20,000 nt of DNA from an uncultured virus (IMG/VR IMGVR_UViG_3300011339_000326) (IMGVR_UViG_3300011339_000326); one strand, 5' to 3'. Positions 9,282-15,960 are shown, counted from the first letter of the stretch. Numbers and translations: made by a program. The notes: a model not told the origin generated them from the letters alone.

Positions 9282-9800
9282 ATGTTAGAAGTTATCGTCA
9301 CGGTTCCTACATTGTCCGACATTGCTGTCCTGCGCACTAGGGCTGTAGATTCAGAAGCTAGTGTGTACGGGGCGCGTAAAGACTACGCAAAGGGAATCAA
9401 TGGGCTGTCCGATATCGCATGGTATAGAGACGGGGTTCAATTGCCTAAGGCAATAGCTGAGGAGAAGGCCGAATACTATAAGGCCTTGAAGGCCATCGGA
9501 TACTCTAACCCCAGTAACGCGTGGAAGATGGTCAAGCAATACGCCTTCGAGGCCGCGAAGGCCGAAGGGTTATTTGGCGAAGTGGCCGAAACGGGCGAAG
9601 AGGGCGAAGAGGGCGAAGCTGGCGAAACCCGCGAAACCCGCTCGTTAACCCTTCGCATGGTCGAAGAGCTTACGACGCTCCATAAAGCGGCCATGAAAAC
9701 TCGGGACAATAAGCCTGAGCAATACAGCCCGAAAGTGGCGCTCGCGCACCATCATGTGATCGAAGCACTCAAGGCAATGGGTGTTGACGTAGGCATCTAA
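9282..9800 (+). CDS. Hypothetical protein, first gene of the rightward arm
   Basis: 172 aa with a GAAGGGG RBS and an internal acidic linker encoded by 9-bp repeats (GEEGEEGEAGETRETR). Confidence 0.8.
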   Translation: MLEVIVTVPTLSDIAVLRTRAVDSEASVYGARKDYAKGINGLSDIAWYRDGVQLPKAIAEEKAEYYKALKAIGYSNPSNAWKMVKQYAFEAAKAEGLFGEVAETGEEGEEGEAGETRETRSLTLRMVEELTTLHKAAMKTRDNKPEQYSPKVALAHHHVIEALKAMGVDVGI

Positions 9801-9827
9801 GGGAATGGGGCAGGGTAAACCCTGCCC

Positions 9828-9840
9828 CTAACAATGTTAG
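9828..9840. repeat. 13-bp palindrome copy 1 (CTAACAATGTTAG), intergenic
   Basis: Exact match, extending to CCTAACAATGTTAGG. Abuts the GC hairpin at 9807-9828. Confidence 0.95.
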
Positions 9841-9932
9841 GTTTACCATGAAATAGCTACCCGGCGTGCGCAGGCCGTAAAACTGCGCAGGATGTTGGGT
9901 TCCTACTAACAAAGCCCTTCGTATGCTCACGC

Positions 9933-9965
9933 AGGCCCTGATCTCGTCGGATCGGGGCTTTTTTT
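9933..9965 (+). terminator. Rho-independent terminator
   Basis: AGGCCCTGATC-tcgtcg-GATCGGGGCTT followed by a T-run. Confidence 0.85.
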
Positions 9966-9974
9966 CGTCCGCGA

Positions 9975-10099
9975 TTTATGCCAGTTCCCACGTAGTTGCT
10001 CGGGGCTGGCGCTCGGCTTGCTGCTGCCGTGGAATCTGCAGGGGGTTGGTTTTGGGGCTTGGGCTTTTATGCCAGTTCCCATGTCCGAGTCCGGGGCTG
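9975..10099. repeat. Bipartite direct repeat TTTATGCCAGTTCCCA-N10-CGGGGCTG x2 (91-bp period)
   Basis: Copies at 9975-10008 and 10066-10099: 16 identical bp, 10 variable bp, then 8 identical bp. Confidence 0.9.
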
Positions 10100-10103
10100 C
10101 GGC

Positions 10104-10394
10104 CTACTCGATGTTCTGCTGTAACTGCAGCAGGGTTTGCCGTTCCCGGTCTAACACTGTTAGGCGATGGGCAATGTAGTCGGCGACGGACTTGTTACCT
10201 TTGCGGAAGTTGCACTGCTTGCAAGCCACTACTAAGTTATCCGCATTGAACGCACCGCCTTTGGATTCGGGGTGAACGTGGTCTATGTTTAGCTGAGTTT
10301 TGTAGAGCTTCGACTTGCCGCAGTATCTGCAAGTCCTTTTGTCCCGCGCTATCACATCATCGCGGAGTTGCTTGGCGGCTTCCCGCATGTTCAT
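10104..10394 (-). CDS. HNH endonuclease
   Basis: RDKRTCRYCG...IDHVHP...GG....NLVVACKQCN..KG is a canonical HNH/Zn motif. The likely start is ATG 10394 (AAGGGG RBS, promoter just upstream), not the 10541 given in the ORF track. Confidence 0.9.
   Translation of the reverse strand: MNMREAAKQLRDDVIARDKRTCRYCGKSKLYKTQLNIDHVHPESKGGAFNADNLVVACKQCNFRKGNKSVADYIAHRLTVLDRERQTLLQLQQNIE
10151..10163. repeat. 13-bp palindrome copy 2 (CTAACACTGTTAG), inside HNH gene
   Basis: Centre base C. Encodes L-T-V-L on the minus strand. Confidence 0.9.
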
Positions 10395-10419
10395 CTTGTT
10401 ACCCCTTAAACTGCTTAGC

Positions 10420-10448
10420 AGTTTAACCGTGGATTTACTGAAAGTCAA
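10420..10448 (-). promoter_or_regulatory. sigma70-type promoter for HNH gene
   Basis: Minus strand TTGACT-N17-TAAACT. The -10 overlaps a 21-bp palindrome TTAAACTGCT-T-AGCAGTTTAA (10406-10426). Confidence 0.7.
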
Positions 10449-10480
10449 GCCTTTTTGGTAGTATTTCGCAGCATCGGGGG

Positions 10481-10493
10481 CTAACAATGTTAG
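10481..10493. repeat. 13-bp palindrome copy 3 (CTAACAATGTTAG), intergenic
   Basis: Exact match, about 30 bp upstream of the HNH promoter -35. Confidence 0.95.
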
Positions 10494-10753
10494 GTTTTGG
10501 GGCTTTTGCGTTACGTTTTTAGGGGTATTGTTACTTTTCACATAGTGAAAAGGCTGGGAACCCGCATGGATGCTAGGTTCCTTGCTATTAAGTTAGATGT
10601 TACGTGTTACAACGAGGGTATGAAGGTTGGAAAATCTGCAAGAGCGGCAAAACGAGGGGCAACGAGCCAGCAAGAGTATTTTGTATTACGCACTTTCCAG
10701 CGCCATACCCTTTTTTACTCAAAACATTATAATTTATATATATAAAAGTATCC

Positions 10754-10766
10754 TAACCTATTGATT
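10754..10766 (-). promoter_or_regulatory. IHF consensus site
   Basis: Minus strand AATCAATAGGTTA matches WATCAANNNNTTR and is flanked by AT-rich tracts. Confidence 0.55.
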
Positions 10767-10856
10767 TCATTGGGTTTTTTACGTTACGTTTTTTTCATTT
10801 TTTCTCCCTTTGTTACAACAGCCTTTTGTAACGCACCCTTGCCCATCCCCGACACG

Positions 10857-10865
10857 TGTTATAAT
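10857..10865 (+). promoter_or_regulatory. Extended -10 promoter (TGnTATAAT)
   Basis: TGTTATAAT about 30 bp upstream of the ATG at 10898. TTGCCC at 10839 has only a 15-bp spacer. Confidence 0.65.
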
Positions 10866-10897
10866 CTATATAGTTACACCACAACCAAAGGATTGCC

Positions 10898-11215
10898 ATG
10901 AAGCCCAAGTTACGACTGACAAGTCTGATCTCCACCGTTTCCTCACAACAAATGAGCGAAGCCATAGAAGTTCTGAACTGCAGTAAATCGGACGCAATCC
11001 GTGAGGCAATGTCGGTGCACGCCTACAAAGCCAAGTCGTTGCATGTACCGCCGAAGTTCCAACCCCCCAAGACGTACGCAGACAGGTTGTTCATAAATGC
11101 AGTCGTCGATGCGGAGACGAAGCAGGACTACGAGATACTCGCAAGACGCTACGGCGTACCTGTATCCGAGCTAGTCCTACGCTGCCTAAGTGCATACGTG
11201 CTGCGGAGCCAATAA
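10898..11215 (+). CDS. Putative DNA-binding protein with two tandem ribbon-helix-helix-like domains
   Basis: 105 aa with AAAGGA RBS. LRLTSLI...QQMSEAIEVLNCSKSDAIREAM and FINAVVDAETKQDYEILARRYGVPVSELVLRCL both follow the RHH beta-helix-(G)xSxSE-helix pattern. Confidence 0.6.
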   Translation: MKPKLRLTSLISTVSSQQMSEAIEVLNCSKSDAIREAMSVHAYKAKSLHVPPKFQPPKTYADRLFINAVVDAETKQDYEILARRYGVPVSELVLRCLSAYVLRSQ

Positions 11216-11264
11216 CACCCCAAAACCTTTACTCTTACCCCAAGTGCAACGCTGCCGCTTACTC

Positions 11265-11293
11265 TTGCATAGTACATAACAATGTGATACACT
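11265..11293 (+). promoter_or_regulatory. sigma70-type early promoter
   Basis: TTGCAT-N17-TACACT with extended -10 TG. Closely resembles the promoter at 14758. Confidence 0.7.
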
Positions 11294-11343
11294 ATAGGCT
11301 CAGGTGGGAAATCTCCTACCTGCAACCCGGCAAGCAAGCCAAC

Positions 11344-11356
11344 CTAACAATGTTAG
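11344..11356. repeat. 13-bp palindrome copy 4 (CTAACAATGTTAG), 5' leader
   Basis: Extends to a 17-bp palindrome ACCTAACAATGTTAGGT between the promoter and the RBS. Confidence 0.95.
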
Positions 11357-11378
11357 GTCTAACAGCAAAGGAAGCATC

Positions 11379-11756
11379 ATGAGCAAGCAAATCAACCAAA
11401 ACAGTATCAACGTCCTTATGCGCCACGTGCGTCATACCCTCGCACCCAACACAGAGGTGCGCCAAGTCAGCGCATCGAGCGAGGGCGTAGGGTTCTACAT
11501 GGACTCCCGGCATGGGGAGAAAACCCGTGATCTAGTGCACTTTTCGTGCACACCAACAGACCCCGAAGATGGGCAAGCCGAAGGCGGCTGGAATATCCTT
11601 GCCCGACTAGATGGCGGGCAGTTTGTCGGCGAGTGGGTTGCACAGGGCGAAAGCCTCAACGCAGACTGGTACGCTGCATGGTTCAGCGTAATGGCTAACT
11701 GCAGCGGGGCTAACTACTGGCTGCGTTTCGTCGAGGTCGAGGAGGTGCTGGAATGA
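11379..11756 (+). CDS. Hypothetical protein
   Basis: Start reassigned to ATG 11379 (MSKQINQ...) after an AAAGGA RBS. ATGA overlap with the next gene. Confidence 0.75.
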   Translation: MSKQINQNSINVLMRHVRHTLAPNTEVRQVSASSEGVGFYMDSRHGEKTRDLVHFSCTPTDPEDGQAEGGWNILARLDGGQFVGEWVAQGESLNADWYAAWFSVMANCSGANYWLRFVEVEEVLE

Positions 11757-11878
11757 AGCCCAAGACCAAATCCGACCTAACATTGTTAGGCATGACGCCA
11801 ATACAACGCGCCGAACGCATCGTGTTCCTCTTGTGCCTCATTGTGCTGGCACTCGATCTTTTATTTTGGAGGCCATGA
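11753..11878 (+). CDS. Small membrane protein (41 aa)
   Basis: Below the ORF-track cut-off. MKPKTKSDLTLLGMTPIQRAERIVFLLCLIVLALDLLFWRP, with a GGAGGT RBS, ATGA overlaps at both ends and one hydrophobic helix. Confidence 0.7.
   Translation: MKPKTKSDLTLLGMTPIQRAERIVFLLCLIVLALDLLFWRP
11777..11789. repeat. 13-bp palindrome copy 5 (CTAACATTGTTAG), intragenic
   Basis: Encodes L-T-L-L. Confidence 0.95.
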
Positions 11879-12114
11879 TGGGACAAGTAAAAGCCCTTCT
11901 CTGCACCTGCAGTCACTGCGGTGACGATATTGACCCTCGGCGAGTAACCCTAGGGTATCGGCTCTGCCTGTGGTGCGGTGAGGAAGCCGCAACCCAGACC
12001 CGGAAGGGCTGGACCGTGGTGCAGGAATACACCAAGGGTAACTATCAGTTCATTACCCCTAGCAGCGTAGCAGTAACACTTAAGCAGACTAACCCGAAGA
12101 ACCTGAGGACATAA
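11875..12114 (+). CDS. C4 zinc-finger protein (DksA/TraR-like Zn finger)
   Basis: CSHCGDDIDPRR..LGYRLCLWC fits the CxxCGxxIxxxRxxxxxxxCxxC pattern. GGAGG RBS; start ATG 11875 or 11878. Confidence 0.7.
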   Translation: MMGQVKALLCTCSHCGDDIDPRRVTLGYRLCLWCGEEAATQTRKGWTVVQEYTKGNYQFITPSSVAVTLKQTNPKNLRT

Positions 12115-12116
12115 GC

Positions 12117-12365
12117 ATGACAACGACCACAACAAAACGACCCTACATCACCCAATACTTTGAGGCACCCAATGCCTCGGGTAAGAAGCCAGCATCCACC
12201 GGGTATGCGGCAACCCTGCGCGGTGCGCGTAGGAACATGGCCGTGCGCATCGTGCTCGGCCAATACGGCTTGGCTATAGTAGCCGAGAGGGAGAAGGTAA
12301 CGACAACGCCCCTGTGCGTCATGCGCAGGACAACCACAGGCATAGATATCAAGGAGGGTGTATGA
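12117..12365 (+). CDS. Hypothetical protein
   Basis: 82 aa, GAGGA RBS, tightly packed in the operon. Confidence 0.75.
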   Translation: MTTTTTKRPYITQYFEAPNASGKKPASTGYAATLRGARRNMAVRIVLGQYGLAIVAEREKVTTTPLCVMRRTTTGIDIKEGV

Positions 12366-12598
12366 AACTCAGGGGGTTGAAGAAGGTACGGCACGGGATG
12401 GTGAACCGTGCCGACTGGATCGCAGCCGACAACGACACGAGGATGTATTTCATCCGAGGGGTCAAGCCATGCAAAACCTACTCACCTTGGTGCAGTGACT
12501 GCAATGCGGTCAAGTTTAGGCGGGACATGGCTCGGTTCCCCTACTCCATCGTGGAGTTCAACGAGTACGAGGACAAGCAACAGGAGAAAACGGAATGA
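12362..12598 (+). CDS. Hypothetical protein
   Basis: Start ATG 12362 (AGGAGG RBS, ATGA overlap). Contains C...CSDC. Confidence 0.7.
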   Translation: MKLRGLKKVRHGMVNRADWIAADNDTRMYFIRGVKPCKTYSPWCSDCNAVKFRRDMARFPYSIVEFNEYEDKQQEKTE

Positions 12599-12804
12599 TC
12601 ACCAACACATTCATCACCGAGGATGGCAAGTACCACATCGAGTCACTCGGCAACGGGTGGGCGTACTCAGTCACCTGCCAGCGTACAGGTAACAACTTCT
12701 TTGTGCAGGACCACGATGCCGACACCCTGCAGCAGGAGACGAGCAACTTCGAGTGCACTGGTGCACTGGACAACTATATGGAGGCCCTTGGGGGAGAAGC
12801 ATGA
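12595..12804 (+). CDS. Hypothetical protein
   Basis: 69 aa, AGGAG RBS, ATGA overlaps. Confidence 0.75.
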   Translation: MITNTFITEDGKYHIESLGNGWAYSVTCQRTGNNFFVQDHDADTLQQETSNFECTGALDNYMEALGGEA

Positions 12805-13049
12805 GTAACCGAAAACAAATCGACACAAGTGGACCACTCACCGAGGCAGAGCAGAAGTCAATGAGGCAGAAGGTGGACCTGATTCTGTCCCTTGCAGGCT
12901 CAGACCCTGCAACGATGCTAGCTGCTATTAGCTATGCGCTGGTAAATGCAGCAGCTAAGTGTGACGTCACGCCGATGAGCGTGATCAGTGTATTGGCCCA
13001 GATGTTTGACGACACAGAGGAGAGTGAAGATGAAGATCAAGACGAGTGA
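12801..13049 (+). CDS. Hypothetical protein
   Basis: Start ATG 12801 (MSNRKQ...), GGGGAG RBS, acidic C-terminal tail. Confidence 0.7.
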   Translation: MSNRKQIDTSGPLTEAEQKSMRQKVDLILSLAGSDPATMLAAISYALVNAAAKCDVTPMSVISVLAQMFDDTEESEDEDQDE

Positions 13050-13425
13050 CCTAACATTGTTAGCCCTTGATTGGGCAGTGGCTGAGTCCGAGAAGATGGA
13101 TATTGAGATACGCCCAGCGGGTGCGTGTGGACGGCCTTTGTACGTGCTTGCTGCTGAGGCTGGCCGTACACCATGGACATGGACTCCGACAACAAGCTGG
13201 CACCAAGGTGGGCCGATTATTGATCGGGAGAAGATCGCAACGTCCCCGCTGCCTAATAACTCATGGAGGGCCTATGCGCCGATGGGCACTCGCGTTCTGA
13301 ATGGACGGGAGATATTTAGCTGGCAACACAAAGGGAATGGCCCAACCCTACTCATCGCAGCCATGCGCTGCTATGTGGCCTCAAAACTCGGCGACACCGT
13401 TGACATACCAGAGGAGTTGGTATGA
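13030..13425 (+). CDS. DUF2591 / NinX-like phage protein
   Basis: MKIKTSDLTLLALDWAVA...PTTSWHQGGPIIDREKI...GPTLLIAAMRCYVASKLGDTVDIPEEL is the family signature as I recall it. Start ATG 13030. Confidence 0.8.
   Translation: MKIKTSDLTLLALDWAVAESEKMDIEIRPAGACGRPLYVLAAEAGRTPWTWTPTTSWHQGGPIIDREKIATSPLPNNSWRAYAPMGTRVLNGREIFSWQHKGNGPTLLIAAMRCYVASKLGDTVDIPEELV
13051..13063. repeat. 13-bp palindrome copy 6 (CTAACATTGTTAG), intragenic
   Basis: Encodes L-T-L-L in the DUF2591-like gene. Confidence 0.95.
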
Positions 13426-13682
13426 GTAAATGGATAAAGGCCAATAAGTATTGCGAGTACGTTGACTTCGACAAGGAGTTGTACCGACTGCCCGACAAGG
13501 GCAACACGAGCGTGGACATACGGCTGACGTTCAACACAGACATGCGCACGTGCTACTACACGATCAGCTTGAAGAACGACGATGGCGATACGCGTGATTG
13601 GCAGCAAGACCACCGCGTACCTTGGGCCGTGGGCGTTGCAATGCTCGGTGACGAGGTGGAAGTGCCCGAGGAGTTGCAGTGA
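13422..13682 (+). CDS. Hypothetical protein
   Basis: 86 aa, ATGA overlap. The C-terminus LGDEVEVPEEL resembles that of the preceding gene. Confidence 0.75.
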   Translation: MSKWIKANKYCEYVDFDKELYRLPDKGNTSVDIRLTFNTDMRTCYYTISLKNDDGDTRDWQQDHRVPWAVGVAMLGDEVEVPEELQ

Positions 13683-13831
13683 TCAGGTTCTTTGTGTCTG
13701 GCTGGAGTAGCCGCTTCAGCCTGTGGCACTCAGAGGTCATCGAGGCCAAGAGCAAGGCTGCGGCCAAGGAGCGGTTCGTCGCCCTGCGGCCTACGCTGAA
13801 ACATGTCAAGGTTTTAATTTTAGGAGATTAG
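13679..13831 (+). CDS. Small hypothetical protein (50 aa)
   Basis: GTG start overlapping the previous stop, GAGGAG RBS. MIRFFVSGWSSRFSLWHSEVIEAKSKAAAKERF... fills the gap to the next gene. Confidence 0.6.
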   Translation: MIRFFVSGWSSRFSLWHSEVIEAKSKAAAKERFVALRPTLKHVKVLILGD

Positions 13832-13832
13832 C

Positions 13833-14735
13833 ATGTATGGAAATGGAAGTATGCGCGAGATCAAGCGTATAACGACATACGAGGAAGCGAAGCTGCGGTA
13901 CGAGCAGGTCAAGCCGATCAGGGGCAGGGCTGGAGATGTGCGCCCATTGGGCGAGCGAAGGAATGACAACTTCAGGATAGCCAAGCGAGTGAACCCACTA
14001 AGCGGCATCACAGCCTATCAGTGCATCCTGTACTCGACCCCGGTGGTGGAGTTCAAGCCCGACGGTGATGTGGAGATCGTTATGGGTGGGTGGGCCACGA
14101 CTGCAACCCGGACATTCATAGAACGACTGCTGCACCTTAGCTGTTACTCAAAGAACGACAGTAGTGTGCTGTGTCTTGGCAATAAAGCCGAGGTTGTGCT
14201 GCACCCGACCAAGACCACAGTGATCCGTCGGCTGGAGGTCTATCCGTACACGTGGGAACTAACATCGAGCGAGCCGGTGTACGAAACGCAGTTGAACAAG
14301 AAGAAGGCTAACAATGTTAGGGCGCAGTACAGCGAGTTCGAGAAGTACCTGAAGGCAATGGTCAACCTGCGCGAAGAAACACGGATGGAAGGTTTCATGA
14401 GGGGCAAGTACGTCTACAAACGTATCACGTTCACCAAAACCGAGTTCATCGAGGCGGATTTGGGCGGCATGGTGCAGGTGGAGCTAATGCGGAACGACCA
14501 ACCGGAGGAGAGCAAGCACAGCAACTTCTACAAAGCAGCGCTTGGGATTGCTATATCTATTAGAGGAGGGTTTACGGCCGTTAGGGGGGGTCCCGAGATG
14601 TACTTGCAGTCAAACACTTTGCTGCCCAAGTTCCGCGAGATTGTGTACCGACACCATAAGAACGAGGTGTTCGAGAAGGTGCTGCTGCCCGTAGGTAAGG
14701 CAGCGAACAAGAAGTACGACAGTTGGGTCAAGTAA
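13833..14735 (+). CDS. Hypothetical protein (300 aa)
   Basis: AGGAG RBS, long ORF; I recognise no catalytic motif. Confidence 0.85.
   Translation: MYGNGSMREIKRITTYEEAKLRYEQVKPIRGRAGDVRPLGERRNDNFRIAKRVNPLSGITAYQCILYSTPVVEFKPDGDVEIVMGGWATTATRTFIERLLHLSCYSKNDSSVLCLGNKAEVVLHPTKTTVIRRLEVYPYTWELTSSEPVYETQLNKKKANNVRAQYSEFEKYLKAMVNLREETRMEGFMRGKYVYKRITFTKTEFIEADLGGMVQVELMRNDQPEESKHSNFYKAALGIAISIRGGFTAVRGGPEMYLQSNTLLPKFREIVYRHHKNEVFEKVLLPVGKAANKKYDSWVK
14308..14320. repeat. 13-bp palindrome copy 7 (CTAACAATGTTAG), intragenic
   Basis: Encodes A-N-N-V-R, a different frame from the L-T-x-L copies. Confidence 0.95.
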
Positions 14736-14757
14736 AGAGTAAAGGTTGTGCTTACGC

Positions 14758-14786
14758 TTGACATAGGTACTATATTGTGTTACAAT
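14758..14786 (+). promoter_or_regulatory. Strong sigma70-type promoter for the AAA/VWA operon
   Basis: TTGACA-N17-TACAAT with extended -10 TG. Confidence 0.85.
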
Positions 14787-14823
14787 GTAGTTTGATTAGC
14801 GGTAGTGTGGTTAGGGCTAGCCC

Positions 14824-14836
14824 CTAACAATGTTAG
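14824..14836. repeat. 13-bp palindrome copy 8 (CTAACAATGTTAG), 5' leader
   Basis: About 30 bp downstream of the predicted TSS of the 14758 promoter. Confidence 0.95.
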
Positions 14837-14880
14837 TAGTGGGCGTCTTGCCCGGTTAGTGTTATTTTAAGGAGTTAGAA

Positions 14881-15945
14881 ATGGCTGAAGTCACATTTGG
14901 TAAGAGCATCACGCTCAAGCAAGCTGCGGACCTGATTTGCAGCAACCCGGAAACCCGCTTCCTCTTGCAGGGCGAGCCCGGTATCGGCAAGTCCAGTCTG
15001 CTGGAAATGATCAGCGCACGCATGGGTTTTGCTCATTCGTATATTGACGTACCCAATATGGATTTGGGCGACATTGCGATGCCGGTGATTGATCACGAGA
15101 CCAAGACAACCCGGTATTACCCGAATGCCCGCTTTAATGTGCACGAGGGCAAGCCTGTGGTGGTGATGCTTGACGAGTTCACCAAGGGTGCCGACCCGGT
15201 GAAGAACATGCTGCACCCTATGCTAGAGAAGGCAAACCCACGGCTGGGTGACATCAGCTTGAACAAGGACTGCATCGTGTTCTTGACGGGCAACCTGTCT
15301 ACCGACGGTGTGGGCGACAACCTGAAAGCACATAGCCGTAATCGTTTAGTCCCGGTGACGATCAGCAAACCCAATGCCGAGCAGTGGATTGAGTGGGCTA
15401 TCAACAAGAACATCGAGGCCGAGGTGATTGCATGGGTGAGTCGGTTCCCTCAGGTGCTTGCATCGTATACGGACGGGGGGCAGAACGACAACCCGTACAT
15501 CTACAACCCTAAGCGCAACCAGAATGCGTTCGTGTCGCCCCGCTCACTGGAGACTGCATCTAACATTGTTAGGACCCGCAAGCAGAACGACCCGGATGCG
15601 GTGATCGCGGCACTCAGTGGTGCTATCGGTGAGTCAGGTGCACGGGACATGCAGGCGTACATCGAGTTTGCCGACCAGCTACCAACGTGGGAGGCGACGG
15701 TGAGTAAGCCCGACACAGCGCCTGTGCCTACTAGCCCCGGTGCATGCTCAATCGTGGTGTTTGGTGCTATCTCCCGTGTGACCAAGGAGACGATCACGCC
15801 GTTCATGCAGTATCTGGAGCGGTTCGAGCCTGAGTGGCAGGCAGTGTTCGCAGTCAACATCGCCAAGGCCCCGGCCAAGCAGTCCATTGCGTTCAGTTGC
15901 AAGGCGTTTGCAACGTGGGTTGCCAAGAACCAAGACCTACTGTAA
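14881..15945 (+). CDS. MoxR-like AAA+ ATPase
   Basis: 354 aa with Walker A GEPGIGKS, Walker B VVMLDEF, sensor 1 LTGN, Arg finger NR and sensor 2 SPRS. AAGGAG RBS. Confidence 0.9.
   Translation: MAEVTFGKSITLKQAADLICSNPETRFLLQGEPGIGKSSLLEMISARMGFAHSYIDVPNMDLGDIAMPVIDHETKTTRYYPNARFNVHEGKPVVVMLDEFTKGADPVKNMLHPMLEKANPRLGDISLNKDCIVFLTGNLSTDGVGDNLKAHSRNRLVPVTISKPNAEQWIEWAINKNIEAEVIAWVSRFPQVLASYTDGGQNDNPYIYNPKRNQNAFVSPRSLETASNIVRTRKQNDPDAVIAALSGAIGESGARDMQAYIEFADQLPTWEATVSKPDTAPVPTSPGACSIVVFGAISRVTKETITPFMQYLERFEPEWQAVFAVNIAKAPAKQSIAFSCKAFATWVAKNQDLL
15560..15572. repeat. 13-bp palindrome copy 9 (CTAACATTGTTAG), intragenic
   Basis: Encodes S-N-I-V-R in the ATPase. Confidence 0.95.
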
Positions 15946-15960
15946 TACAAGGAGTTAAAC

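Noticed and set aside
9855..9895. CCGTAAA loop resembling purine riboswitch L3
   Set aside because: No P1/P2 or L2 partner, and it is not upstream of a gene.
9975..10099. Mini-CRISPR or TIGR-like guide array
   Set aside because: Only two units with a 91-bp period, and no recognisable Cas or Nop-domain effector in the window.
10395..10745. N-terminal extension of the HNH ORF and ORF 10497-10745
   Set aside because: The region holds a promoter, palindromes and AT-rich repeats, and a better RBS and start exist at 10394.
14805..14860. GTGGTTAGGGC resembling the start of a pistol ribozyme
   Set aside because: The P1 pairing and the conserved downstream A-rich segment are missing; only a small TTAGGG/CCCTAA hairpin is present.
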